64,000 bases of DNA, from the NCBI GenBank assembly GCA_947459875.1, contig CANHFG010000001.1, positions 43,624 to 107,623 of the forward strand, read 5' to 3'. Positions 9,285 through 24,100 of the stretch are shown in pieces. The DNA comes from Ignavibacteria bacterium (GTDB lineage: Bacteria; Bacteroidota; Ignavibacteria; Kapaibacteriales; Kapaibacteriaceae). Positions within the stretch are counted from its first letter, which is position 1. The number at the start of each line of letters is the position of its first letter. The translations under genes and the position numbers were made by a program. The notes beneath the pieces were generated by a model that was not told where the DNA came from, searched no databases, and worked only from the letters and a program-made list of their open reading frames with translations.

Positions 9285-10031
9285 ATGGTCACACGCCAAC
9301 ACCACGTGTTTTTACTGCTGGCAATGCTGATCGCCCCGTGGGGCGGTCTGCGGGCGCAGGTTACCGGCGGCGATCTTCCGGTGACGGACACCACCATCAT
9401 GTTCCGCCCGGTGCGCCCGCTGATGGACGATGTGACAAGTCAGGCGGTAGCCTATAACAGTGCTGGTGCGAACATTCTCCTGTCGTCCAGTGGCTGGGCT
9501 TTGGGCGGGTATTACGGTTTTGAGCTCGGCAGTGGCATAACGCTGAACATTGATGCCTTCATCAGCGGCCGGCGCAACACGGACGAGTTTGACAATGCGC
9601 TGCTCAACGGTGTGATCCCGATCGTCGCTGAAAAGGTCAACCGTCTGTTCATGGTGCCACTGACGGTATCGATACAGTACAGACTCTTTCGCGAATCGCT
9701 GCAGGAGACCTTTCGTCCGTATCTGGCCTTTGGTGCCACGGGCGCCGGCGTTATCCGGACTCCGTACATCGACGAGGGCGACTTCTACAATCCCCCCCGA
9801 TACTTTGAGTTTTTCGAATCCTTCGGCAGCGCAACGCTCTATCCACGGATGGGCGTGATGCTCGGAGGTGGTGCGGTGTTCGGCCCTGTCGGTAAGGGCA
9901 ACCAGGTTGGTGTCAGCGTCAAGTACTACGCCATCCCATTTGGTGGAGACGGACTTGAGAGCATCCGCGGCAAGCCGATCACCAACTTTGGGGGACTTTT
10001 CATCGCGCTCTCGATCGGTGCCGCGTGGTGA
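9285..10031 (+). CDS. Hypothetical secreted or outer-membrane beta-rich protein
   Basis: Signal peptide MVTRQHHVFLLLAMLIAPWGGLRAQ. Gly/aromatic-rich, ends in an aromatic residue. The ORF track starts at 9255; the ATG at 9285 gives a better signal peptide. Confidence 0.55.
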   Translation: MVTRQHHVFLLLAMLIAPWGGLRAQVTGGDLPVTDTTIMFRPVRPLMDDVTSQAVAYNSAGANILLSSSGWALGGYYGFELGSGITLNIDAFISGRRNTDEFDNALLNGVIPIVAEKVNRLFMVPLTVSIQYRLFRESLQETFRPYLAFGATGAGVIRTPYIDEGDFYNPPRYFEFFESFGSATLYPRMGVMLGGGAVFGPVGKGNQVGVSVKYYAIPFGGDGLESIRGKPITNFGGLFIALSIGAAW

Positions 10032-10071
10032 CCACCGCGCCGGAGGTGAACCTCCTGGGACTCTGCCTGGC

Positions 10072-10784
10072 ATGCCCATGAGCAAGGATCATCCCGACGG
10101 GGGCGAACTCGAGACGTGGACGTTTCGCCCGATCGGTCACGTTCGGACATCGCATGTGCGCCGATATGACGCGCCGCGTCAGCCCAACCGCGATATGCAT
10201 CGAGTTTCAGCAATCGTGGAACTTAGGGCGAATGAGAACTTCGAGCAGGCCGTACAGGATCTTGCCGGGTGCGAGCGGATATGGCTGGTAACCGTTTTTG
10301 ATAGGGTGGAGCACTGGAAGCCCCTTGTGCTTCCGCCTCGCGGACGGCGCAAGCGGGGCGTTCTGGCAACAAGGTCTCCTCATCGCCCGAATCCGATCGG
10401 GCTTACGTGCGTCCGACTGTTGCGTGTTGAGGGACGTATGCTGCATATCGAGGATACGGACCTGCTCGATGGTACGCCGGTGCTCGACGTAAAGCCCTAT
10501 CTGGCCTATGCCGATGCTTTCCCGGAGAGCAAGATCGCGTGGGTCGATGATCATCCAGAGCCGAACCATAGGATCATCTGGGACTGCGGGGAAGCGAGCA
10601 TACCGCCGGACGAGCGCCTATACGTCGAGCGCACGCTCTCGGCCGACCCGTTACCGCATCCATACCGTCGCATCAGATGCGTCGGACCGGACCATTACGT
10701 GCTGTCGCTGCGCCATGCGCGCTTCCGTTACCGCATTGACGGTGATACGGTTGTCATCCTCGGTTACACCGTAGATTTGCCGGA

Positions 10785-10788
<4 letters not shown>
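10072..10788 (+). CDS. trmO: tRNA (adenine37-N6)-methyltransferase TrmO (TsaA/YaeB family)
   Basis: [17 protein letters not shown]...[11 protein letters not shown] motifs. The ATG at 10072 follows the upstream stop; the ORF-track extension from 9868 overlaps the previous gene. Confidence 0.8.
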
Positions 10789-14453
<3,665 letters not shown>

Positions 14454-14456
14454 CCG

Positions 14457-15068
14457 GTGGTATCCGCCTTGCCGTTACGGGTTGCCGTGCTAGGCAGTGG
14501 CACGGGCACGAATGCCGAAGCGCTGATCGAACACGGTCTGCAGCCCGGCTCATCGTACCGCATTGTGCTTGTCGTTTCCACCCGGCCTGATGCCGGGATT
14601 ACCGATGTTGCCCGGCGTTTGGGCGTTCCCCTGTGCATTCTGCCCCCATCGGACTGGGAGGCTGCCCTGATCGGGGCTCTTCATGACAATGGCATCGCTA
14701 TTCTAGCCCTTGCTGGCTTCATGCGTAAGATCTCGCCGCAGGTTATCGACTCCCTTCACGGCAGAGTTGTTAACATACACCCCGCACTTTTACCTAATCA
14801 TGGTGGTAAGGGTATGTACGGAATTCACGTTCATCGGGCCGTAATTGCTGCCACCGAAGCCCTCAGCGGCGCTACGGTGCATCTTGTGACGGAAGAGTAC
14901 GACCAGGGCTCGATCATCGCACAGGCATCCGTGAAGGTGTTTGAGGACGATACACCCGAACAACTTCAGGATCGTGTGAAGCATCTTGAGCACGTCCTTT
15001 ATCCGCGGGCGCTGGAACAATACGCCAAACGCGTTGCGATCGAAGAATCTGGACAGGAAAATCGCTAA
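14457..15068 (+). CDS. purN: Phosphoribosylglycinamide formyltransferase
   Basis: VAVLGSGTGTN...NIHPALLP...HGG motifs, 203 aa. Confidence 0.9.
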   Translation: MVSALPLRVAVLGSGTGTNAEALIEHGLQPGSSYRIVLVVSTRPDAGITDVARRLGVPLCILPPSDWEAALIGALHDNGIAILALAGFMRKISPQVIDSLHGRVVNIHPALLPNHGGKGMYGIHVHRAVIAATEALSGATVHLVTEEYDQGSIIAQASVKVFEDDTPEQLQDRVKHLEHVLYPRALEQYAKRVAIEESGQENR

Positions 15069-15285
15069 TGCTAATTCCGTCCCCCCGCTTCACCGTGTGC
15101 AGAAAATTTGTTTGACTAATTCGCCCAAAATCTGAATATTGAGGGACGCTGAATGGGGCGGAGCGCATTGTTGCACATGTAACTAAGTGCATCCAGCAAT
15201 GTTGTTACGTCTCTTCATCGCCGAGAAGGCTGTTCAAAGTGAAAACCAAACACACATACTTCATCACAGTTTCATCGAGGTTTGC

Positions 15286-18200
15286 ATGAGCCGCAGACTG
15301 CTATTCCTTGTTCTCATGACGGGGCTTGTGAGCGTTTCGCTCGCTATGGCTGCCGACGAAAAGGATGGCGAAGACGTGTTGCGCAAGAGCGGACAGCGTA
15401 CGCCGGTGGCGTCCTATCCGCAGCCGTTCACGGCCACTGGGCCGAACGCGCGCACGAATCCAGCCATCTCCACGGGGTATTACTTCGTGGACTCGGACGA
15501 CGAGGCACCGGATTTCTGGCGCCCAGATCCATCACAGTTTGTCGACACACTGACCGAGCCCGGCACGTGGAGGCGAATCCTCTCGGGTGCAAAGCAGCTG
15601 CCGACGGCTTACTGGACGGATCCGACGCAAAACATTTATGGCGGTTGGGCATTTTTCCGGAACCCCGGTGATGTGCGCGACTCAACCGACAATGCGTTTG
15701 CCGGCCCGATCTCGATCGGCTTCCCGTTCTTCTTCAACGGCGTGCGTCAGGACTCATTCTATGTGTCGACGAACGGTCTGATCGCCCTGTCGAATCGCCG
15801 TTATTTCTACACGATCGATCAGTTCGGTTACCCTGTTGCTCGCCAAACGCTGGAAGTACGCCCAGGCGTGTTCTCGGCGTATGACCCGATGTCAGACGAC
15901 ACGCGTTCGCGAGCCGGTAATGGCATGACGGATGCAACCCTCGATAACTGGGGCTTCAACAATGTCGCTTGCGGCGGCAACCCTACTAGCCCTACGGCCG
16001 GTATTCGCGCGACAACCAACCGTATGATGGACGGCAATAGCATTGCTGCCAACTGGGGAAGCACACTTCCGCAACTCATCGCTCCGTCGTGGGATGACCT
16101 TCAAGTTTCGGTGTATAACCCCAACGATAACGCTGTTGATGATTTCTCGCGCGTATACTACAAGCGCTCGCCATCGAACGACAAGCTCGTTATCTACTAC
16201 GTGAACCTCACACCTATCGGTGCCAAGACAGCCCGTTCCGGTGGTGGACCTCAGTACAATGTGACGTTTGCAGCCAACAATCGCCCCGGCCTTGGTGAGC
16301 ACCTTCGCTGGTCGCTTCAAGTGACGCTGAATCGTAACGACAGTTCTGTTACGATCCAGTACGAGCGATTCTCGGGTCTTGCACCGCGCACGGCGATTTC
16401 TCCGTACGCTGCTACCGTCTGGATGCGTTGTAATTCAACGGTCGGTGTTACTGGTCCGGCTCGCCGTCTGAACTGGAACGGTTTCCCATCGGTGATGCCA
16501 GCGATCACAGCGCTGGACTTCGACACACCGAAGTACATGCAGAGCACAGAGTATCTTTACAATGTCGACGTTGACCCACAAGGTGGTGTGCGTGCTATCA
16601 GCTCGCGTAACGACGACAACACGGTTCCGAAGGACTTCCTGGCCATTAAGTTCAAGCAGTTCCGCAACGTTCTTCGCGTTATCAACGTGTCGTATCGTGT
16701 GCGTCAGCAGAACAACAATGCCAACCTCGCGTTCTCGGTGATTGTTCCTCCAGCGCAGGCCAACAACTACGAACTGCTTGCTGGTGAGGATCGCCTCGGC
16801 GCCATCCAGCCAGTGGCCATTGTTCAGAGCCTGACCAATGACATTCAAGGTCCGCAGGGCGTGAACTATGTTCCTCAGGGAACGAACTTCCGCGTGCGTT
16901 TCCGTATCGTCAATGAGGCAACAGGCAAGATCGTTTACAACACATCGCGTGCTGTGACGGATGCTGCACTTCGCGACACGAACATCTCGCAGGTGTTCCG
17001 TTGCGATATCAACGGCAACAATCAGCCGTATCAGCCTGCCGGCACGTTCGTACTCCCGTACGAGTTTATCAAGGTGATCTTCCCTCCATTCGAGCCGAAC
17101 CCGTTCATCGACGATCAGATCGGCCGTCTCCTGACGACGGTTATTGCCGAACCAAAGGACTCGATCAATCAGCCAATTGGCGATCAGTGGCCGTTTGACG
17201 ATACGACCAGCATTCGCATCTTCTCGATGCGCCGTCTGACGTCGTTCTCGGACGACGTCAACGAGTACCACCTCATCGGTGGTGCCGCTATGCCTTCGGT
17301 TCTCAAGTGGGTTAACATTGAGTCAGAAGTTGTTGATGGTGACGAGGTCACCAACAACCCACCGCCACCGCGGGGCGAATACGCTGCTGCCAACTCAGAC
17401 ATCTTCCGTCTGAAGTCACCAGTGATTCGAATGAATCGTCTCAACCTTGCCAACGTTGACATTCCTGTGATTGGCCAATACGGCGGTGACGAGCTTCGTT
17501 CCTTCCCGGTCAACCTCGTTCGTCGCAAGCGCGCTGTTCTTTCGATCTCCTATCAGCGTTCCGGTAAGCTCACGAACATCGGTCGTGGCTTCTCTGACAA
17601 CCGTCTGATCGGACCTGAGCACCGCGTTAACATGCTGGCCGTGAACGGTTTCACGCCTGGTTTCCGTAATCCTGACCGTCTGCTGGTCGAGTTCGCTCGC
17701 CCGTCAAATGACGGTATCACGGGCATTACGAACATCCAGAACTGGATCCTTGATTACATGGGCCGCGCGACACAGTATCTCCAGCCGTTCCAGGTCTGGG
17801 GTGGTGGTGGCTTTGCCCGTGGTTTTGACATCGCGGACTATAACCTGCAGCTGACGAACACCACGACGCCACCACTCGGTGGTCTGCGCGAGGACCTGTT
17901 CGATGATGGTAAGGATGCCGAGTATTACAAGGTCACGATTCCAATTCCTGACACGGTACTCCGCTGGGTCAACGAAGGCGCCCGTAACTTCCGCTTCCGC
18001 CTACGTGCCAGCTGCGTGATGAATTCGCTTCCTCCGGCTCCATCGGACGACGAAGACAACTTCTACGTTGACAACGTGAAGCTTCTCTTCCCGGACGAAG
18101 TCACGGACATCGAGTTCAGCAACATCCAGCTTATCTGGCCTTACACGATGGCACCAGCTTCGCAGGCCACGCGAGTGCCGATCCGTGTGAAGCTGTCGAA

Positions 18201-20013
18201 CAACACGAACATTGCCGCTCCGGCATTCTCGGTTAAGCTCTGGATCAAGCCAGATGGAAACGAATCACAGCAGATCTACTGCCGTTCGATCACGGTTCCT
18301 ACGCTCGCCGGAAACCGCGAAGTGATCCTTCCGTTCCCAGACGCAAACTTCCGCACGACGACGCCTGGTAATTACAAGATCACGGGTCGCATCTTCTTCC
18401 CTGGCAATGACCTTGATACTCTGAACGATTCGACGTTCACGATGTTCCGCATGACGTTTGGCCCTGCGTTTGCCTACGAAACCAACCCAGCGAATCCAGC
18501 GAACGACGTTCCGAAGATTCAGTTCTCGGGCGTAACTGGTAAGGGTCTGAACCACGGTGGATTCTCAGCTGGTGCTAACGGTTCAACCTGGCAGTCACTG
18601 CTGACGGGTCCTAACCAGCAGTACACGGCGGGTTCAACGTGGGGTACCTTCCCAGCGCCGCTTGCTGGTTCGCAGATGTATGGTGCTGATGCCGGTAACT
18701 CTTCAGGTCAGCTGGCAATGCGCTTTACACTTTACTCTCAGGACACACTTGCTGGTTACCAGGCTTTCTGGGCAGAACTCAACCAGGACGTTCTGAACAT
18801 CTCGTTCTCTCTCTATCGTGATCAGGGCGGTGTTCCAGGTGACGAGCGTATCGCTAACTCTACAATCCTGCGTCGCCGTGGTGAAGACGAAACGGGCGCA
18901 TTTACCGAGCCTCAGTTCGGTAAGTATGTCACGTATCTGCTCGCTACACCAGTAGTTATCCCACCGGGTGAATACTGGGCTTCGGTTGCTCAGATGGGTA
19001 CGGAAGGCTACGAACTTGGTGCCTCGGAAACACGTATGGGTATGGTGACGACGCTATACTCGGACGTTCCTGTGTTCGGTATCGGTAACCGCTCGCTTCT
19101 TATCGACAAGAACTTCCGCGTGCGCAATCGTGCCGGATCGCTTCTGAACGATAACCGCTTCGCGTATGAAATGACACGCTTCAGCGGTGACTGGGTTCCA
19201 TTCACGCCAACGATCGGTAACCCTGGTTATCCGCATCTTGACGCTATGGGTGGAAGCCTTGGTTATGCCACGTTCACACGTGGTTCATGGATCCCGCTGA
19301 TCCGTCCATTCTTCGGAAATCGGTCGTTCTCAAATCCTCCACTGTTTATTGACTGTGTGGAAAACCCTGTCGAACTGTCCTTCTTTGATGCAAAGGGACG
19401 TTCTGCTGGTGTGGACCTCTTCTGGGAAACAGCGTCGGAAAAGAACAACGTCGGCTTCCATGTCGAGCGCCGCGCCGTCAAGGAAGTACACAACCTTACG
19501 ACGGGCAAGGCTTCGTTCACCTGCGTTGACAACACGACAGATGCAAACAATCCTTGGAAGAACGTTGGTTTTGTTGCTGGATCGGGCAACTCAAATACGA
19601 CGTTGAACTACAAGTTCTTTGATGCTGATGTCACGACGGGAGTTTCGTATCAGTACCGTCTGCGTCAGGTCGACGCTAGCGGCGCGAACAACTTCTCCAA
19701 TGTTGTCGACGTCGAGTTCGGAAACAACGCCAGTGTTGCGCTCGACAATAGCTATCCAAACCCATCGAACGGCAAGACAACGTTCACATTCACGGTTCCA
19801 CAAAGCTCACGCGTCAAGCTTCAAGTGTTTGACCTCATGGGTAATGTTGTCAAGAATGTTTACGACAACGTCGTCGCCGGTCAGTCAGTAGCATACGCTG
19901 TTGAGTGGGATGGTCGTGGCGAAGATGGCGTCGATGTCGCAAGCGGCTCGTACATGTACAAGCTCACCGTTGGTGAGACCATCCTGTCGAAGACGCTGAC
20001 GATCGTTCGCTAA
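15286..20013 (+). CDS. Giant secreted protein of unknown function with a T9SS C-terminal sorting domain (paralog A, ~1575 aa)
   Basis: Signal peptide MSRRLLFLVLMTGLVSVSLAMA. C-terminus ...SYPNPSNGKTTFTFTVP...KLTVGETILSKTLTIVR has the Por/T9SS CTD pattern. No catalytic motif recognised. Codon usage is enriched in GGT/CGT/GTT/GCT. Confidence 0.85.
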   Translation: MSRRLLFLVLMTGLVSVSLAMAADEKDGEDVLRKSGQRTPVASYPQPFTATGPNARTNPAISTGYYFVDSDDEAPDFWRPDPSQFVDTLTEPGTWRRILSGAKQLPTAYWTDPTQNIYGGWAFFRNPGDVRDSTDNAFAGPISIGFPFFFNGVRQDSFYVSTNGLIALSNRRYFYTIDQFGYPVARQTLEVRPGVFSAYDPMSDDTRSRAGNGMTDATLDNWGFNNVACGGNPTSPTAGIRATTNRMMDGNSIAANWGSTLPQLIAPSWDDLQVSVYNPNDNAVDDFSRVYYKRSPSNDKLVIYYVNLTPIGAKTARSGGGPQYNVTFAANNRPGLGEHLRWSLQVTLNRNDSSVTIQYERFSGLAPRTAISPYAATVWMRCNSTVGVTGPARRLNWNGFPSVMPAITALDFDTPKYMQSTEYLYNVDVDPQGGVRAISSRNDDNTVPKDFLAIKFKQFRNVLRVINVSYRVRQQNNNANLAFSVIVPPAQANNYELLAGEDRLGAIQPVAIVQSLTNDIQGPQGVNYVPQGTNFRVRFRIVNEATGKIVYNTSRAVTDAALRDTNISQVFRCDINGNNQPYQPAGTFVLPYEFIKVIFPPFEPNPFIDDQIGRLLTTVIAEPKDSINQPIGDQWPFDDTTSIRIFSMRRLTSFSDDVNEYHLIGGAAMPSVLKWVNIESEVVDGDEVTNNPPPPRGEYAAANSDIFRLKSPVIRMNRLNLANVDIPVIGQYGGDELRSFPVNLVRRKRAVLSISYQRSGKLTNIGRGFSDNRLIGPEHRVNMLAVNGFTPGFRNPDRLLVEFARPSNDGITGITNIQNWILDYMGRATQYLQPFQVWGGGGFARGFDIADYNLQLTNTTTPPLGGLREDLFDDGKDAEYYKVTIPIPDTVLRWVNEGARNFRFRLRASCVMNSLPPAPSDDEDNFYVDNVKLLFPDEVTDIEFSNIQLIWPYTMAPASQATRVPIRVKLSNNTNIAAPAFSVKLWIKPDGNESQQIYCRSITVPTLAGNREVILPFPDANFRTTTPGNYKITGRIFFPGNDLDTLNDSTFTMFRMTFGPAFAYETNPANPANDVPKIQFSGVTGKGLNHGGFSAGANGSTWQSLLTGPNQQYTAGSTWGTFPAPLAGSQMYGADAGNSSGQLAMRFTLYSQDTLAGYQAFWAELNQDVLNISFSLYRDQGGVPGDERIANSTILRRRGEDETGAFTEPQFGKYVTYLLATPVVIPPGEYWASVAQMGTEGYELGASETRMGMVTTLYSDVPVFGIGNRSLLIDKNFRVRNRAGSLLNDNRFAYEMTRFSGDWVPFTPTIGNPGYPHLDAMGGSLGYATFTRGSWIPLIRPFFGNRSFSNPPLFIDCVENPVELSFFDAKGRSAGVDLFWETASEKNNVGFHVERRAVKEVHNLTTGKASFTCVDNTTDANNPWKNVGFVAGSGNSNTTLNYKFFDADVTTGVSYQYRLRQVDASGANNFSNVVDVEFGNNASVALDNSYPNPSNGKTTFTFTVPQSSRVKLQVFDLMGNVVKNVYDNVVAGQSVAYAVEWDGRGEDGVDVASGSYMYKLTVGETILSKTLTIVR

Positions 20014-20025
20014 GCGTTTCCTGAC

Positions 20026-20066
20026 GGAAATTCCAAAGCCCCCGACGTTCTGCGTCGGGGGCTTTT
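20026..20066 (+). terminator. Rho-independent terminator after giant gene A
   Basis: GCCCCCGACG-ttctg-CGTCGGGGGC perfect 10-bp stem followed by TTTTCTTTTTCT. Confidence 0.8.
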
Positions 20067-20090
20067 CTTTTTCTCCTGATATTCGCAGAT

Positions 20091-21065
20091 ATGAATGCTC
20101 GCCCCCTGCCCCAGGATGTTGCCGAAGCATTGCAATTGCAGCGCAATGCCTTGAATCTGCTTGAAGAGGAGATCAACGAAGAGTTTGACCGTGCCGTGGA
20201 TGCTCTTATGAATGCCGGTGGTATTGTTGCCACTGGAGTAGGGAAGTCCGGCTTTGTCGCTCGCAAATTCGCGGCATCGCTTGCCAGTCTTGGACTCCAG
20301 GCTTCGTTCATGCATAGCGCCGATGCACTTCATGGCGACCTGGGTGTTGTGCGGCAGGGAACGTCGGTGGTGATGTTCTCCAAGAGCGGAGAGACGGCGG
20401 AGCTCGTCAGTCTCTTGGACGCGCTGAAGTCCGAGGGCGTGACATTGATCTCGGTGACCTCACGTCGGGAAACAACCCTCTCCAATAGGGCGCACATACG
20501 CCTCGTTGCGCCAATCGACCGTGAGTATGATCGGATGAATATTCTGCCGACGGCAAGTACGACTACGTCATTGATCGTTGCCGACCTGCTCGTGATGTCC
20601 ATCGCTCACCGCCGGCCGGAATCAATGGATGTGCTAGCGCGCACGCATCCACACGGTTCGATCGGATCTCTGCTAGGTCAGCGGGTGCAAGATCACATGC
20701 ATTCCGGGGCATCGCTGCCTTCCATAGTCTCAGACGCGAAGTTGGACAGTGCCGTACACGAACTTGACCGTCATGCCTTAGGCATCGTTTGCGTTGTTCG
20801 GGACGGCCTGCTCCTGCGAGGTATCCTTACCGATGGAGATGTGAGACGGCTCGTCGAGCGAGGTGTTGATTTCGCCTCGGTGACTGTCGATAGCGTAATG
20901 ACTGCCGCGCCGACGACGGTTCCCTCTTCTGCCTCGTTGCATGAGGCGCTTATGCTCATGGAGTCACCCCAGCGCGCCATCGGCGTGCTCCCGGTTGTCA
21001 ATGGTTCCGAGCTTGTTGGCGTCATCCGACTGCACGATGTCGTCCGCGCTCAGATGGCAGGGTAG
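20091..21065 (+). CDS. kpsF: KpsF/GutQ-family arabinose-5-phosphate isomerase (SIS plus tandem CBS domains)
   Basis: GVGKSGFVARKFAASLASLG SIS motif and C-terminal CBS pair, 324 aa. Confidence 0.85.
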   Translation: MNARPLPQDVAEALQLQRNALNLLEEEINEEFDRAVDALMNAGGIVATGVGKSGFVARKFAASLASLGLQASFMHSADALHGDLGVVRQGTSVVMFSKSGETAELVSLLDALKSEGVTLISVTSRRETTLSNRAHIRLVAPIDREYDRMNILPTASTTTSLIVADLLVMSIAHRRPESMDVLARTHPHGSIGSLLGQRVQDHMHSGASLPSIVSDAKLDSAVHELDRHALGIVCVVRDGLLLRGILTDGDVRRLVERGVDFASVTVDSVMTAAPTTVPSSASLHEALMLMESPQRAIGVLPVVNGSELVGVIRLHDVVRAQMAG

Positions 21066-21067
21066 GA
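20968..21067 (+). repeat. Direct repeat copy 1 (the native 3' end of kpsF); its partner is at 25774..25873
   Basis: About 93 of 95 nt are identical to 25779..25873 (gcgccatcggcgtgctcc...cagatggcagggtaggag). Confidence 0.9.
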
Positions 21068-21160
21068 GGCGCAAGTGTAACATTATTGCCTATGTTTAGT
21101 TGTTAGCAGCAGGGCCATAGTAACCTGCGATGTATGATAACTGTTTTATGCGAGGACACT

Positions 21161-24100
21161 ATGAAACAGTCCGCCGTTGTCTATCTCGTAGCATTGTGTT
21201 CTTATATCAACACCGTTACTGCGCAGGAGAAGCAGAACGATGAAGCCATTGCCCAGCGACGAAGTCACACACATGCAGCAGGCTCGACGTATCCGCAGCC
21301 TTTTGTCGGGTCAGGTGCCAACAATCGTGAGGCCGTGGCTGTTTCATCAGGGTATTACTTCGTCGATTCGGACGAAGCCATATCAGACCCTTGGAAGCCC
21401 TCGGCAAATGAGTTTGAGGATACGCTTAACGACCGAGGTTCCTGGAAACGAATCGTTTCGGGACCAAATCAATACGATGCTTCATTTTGGTCTGATCAGA
21501 GACGAAATGCATATGGAGGCATGGCGTTTTTCCGCAATCCGGGCGACCTGAAGGATTCAACAGATGATGCCTTTGCCGGACCTATTGCCATTGGGTTCCC
21601 ATTCAGTTTCAACGGCGTTCGGCAGGATTCCTTCTATGTCTCCACCAATGGCCTGATTGCTTTTTCGAACAGACGCTATCACTATCGTACTGACGTGAAT
21701 GGTGCCCTTCTTTCACGGGAGCTTCGTCTTGCCAGCACAGGTGTTCTTTCTGCTTACGATTCACAGTCCGATGATCCGCGCCATCGCAGTGGGGACGGAA
21801 TGTCAGATGCCACAGACGACTCGTGGGGTTACACGGCCGTAGCATGTGCAGGCTCACCATCGAGCCCGAAAGCAGGAATACGAACAAAGCAGAATCTCAG
21901 GCTCGACAGCAATGGACTCAGTGCCGTATGGGGATCAATCCTCCCACAGGTAGTCGCTCCGTCGTGGGATGACTTGCAGGTTTCTGTCGTGAATGGGGCT
22001 GATCTGAGCGTTGATGACTTTTCCCGCGTGTATTACAAGCGTATTCCGAACAGTGACCGAATCGTGATTTACTTTGTGAATCTCACGCCGATTGGTTTGA
22101 AACGAGCTCGTATCGGTAACCAGCCCATCTCCGAGGTCGCCTTTGCTGCTAACAATCGGCCGGGGTTTGGTGAACATTATCGGTTTTCTGTCCAGGTGAC
22201 ACTGAACGGGGCCGACAGCTCTGTGACAGTCCAGTATGATCGTTTTGCAGGAACAGCCCCGAGACTCTCAGCCACCTCATATCCTGCACATGTCTGGATG
22301 CGATGCAACTCAACCGTAGGGGTGATCGGTGCGGCACGGCGTCTCGACTGGGCAGGATTCCCTTCATCAGTACCGGCCTTATCGGTGCTTGATTATTTGG
22401 TTCCGAAGTACGTACAGAGCACTGTGTATCTACACAACATCGATACCGATGCCACCTCTGCCGTGACGCCTTCAGGAGCATCGCCGCTTGGCCGTGATTT
22501 TCCATCGGACCGGCTAGCTGTGCGATTTGCGCAGCATCGTAATATGGTTCGTGCAGTCAGTGTTTCTTACCGGGTCCGCTCCCAACAGGCAGGCTCGAGC
22601 CTTGCCTACTCTACACTTGTGCCTTCCGGGTCCGTCGATGGCTATGAGGTTCTGGCCGGCGACGAACGCCTCGGTCCGTTACAACCCGTTGCGCTCGTAC
22701 AGAGCCTTTCAAATGACATTCAGGGACCGGCTGGCGTGAATTATCAGCGCCAGGGTATACAGATGCGTGTGCGATGCCGTATCCTGAACGCCTCGTCCGG
22801 TGACCTCGTCTACGACGTCTCGAAGGTTGTTACAGACGCGACACTTCGCGACACGAACATCTCTCAGACTTTTCGCGCTAACGCTGATGGCACGAATAGA
22901 CCATACGAGCCGTCAGGCCGAGCCGTTCTGCCATATGAGTACGTCAAGGTCGTGTTCCCAGCATTTGAACCCAATCCCCTAAACGCAAAGCATGTAGGTA
23001 CCCTCTTAACGAGGGTTTCTGTAGAGGCTCTTACCAGCGAAAGTGCGCCTATTGTTGACAGGTGGCCTTTTGACGACACTATTGCGGCGAAGCTGCATGC
23101 TCTCGTCCGACTGTCGACGTTAGCAGAGACCGGTGACGGCTATCACCTTCTCGATTCAGTGGCCATTCCATCACCGCTTCGTTGGGTGAATATCGGCGCT
23201 GAAGTAGTCGATGGTGATCGAACTACCTACCTAGCCCCACCGCCGATTGGCACAAGTAGATGTGCAAATCGTTCAGAATTTGTGTTGAACTCACCAGTCA
23301 TTCGCATGAACCGCGTACATCATGACGGCTCTGAAATCCCGAAGCCCGGTCAGTATGGCGGTGACGAGCTGAGGTCGTTTCCGATAGACCTTCTTGGAAA
23401 GAAAGGCGCAGTGTTATCGATCTCGTACCATCGCACGGGCAAAGGTGCGAAGACCGATAGGGGCTTTAGTGACCTGCGTCTGATAGGACCAGAACATCGC
23501 GTTGCCATGCTGACGTCTTCCGGTGAAATGAAAACCTACCGCGAGCCCGATAAACTTCTTGTAGAGTTTGCCAGGCCTTCAGACGATAGCGTTACCGGGA
23601 TCACCAACGTACAGCAGTGGGTTCTTGACTACCAAGGCCGACGTGCAGAGTACATGCAACCATTTCAGATCTGGGGAGGGGGCGGGAATGCCCGTGGATT
23701 TGACTCCCAGGACTACAATCGCCAGCTCTCGAGCGACCCCGTGTCGGGTCGAACGGGATTGATGCCAGATCTGTACGATGAAGGTAAAGACATTGAGTTT
23801 CGGAAGCTTTTCATTCAAATTCCTGATACGGTGTTTAGGTGGTCGGCGCAAGGGGCGCGCAACTTCCGCTTTCGTCTTCGAACACATTGCCTCAATCACG
23901 GGATTGCTGGTGGTCCCGTGGATGATAGTGACGACTTCTTCATCGACAATGTTAAGGTGCTGTATACGCAGGAGATCCCCGATATAGAGATGAGCTCGAT
24001 TCGGTTGCATCAACCCTATACCATGGCCCCCCCTACTCAACTAGGAAGCGTTCCTGTTCGATTCCAACTTTCGAATCTGAGCACTGTAGTCTCTCCGTCG

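Noticed and set aside
15105-15145. Putative sigma-70-like promoter (TTGACT-17 nt-AATATT, with TG just upstream) ahead of giant gene A
   Set aside because: The -10 match is weak (3 of 6), and the promoter consensus for this lineage is unknown. It is mentioned as a possibility only.
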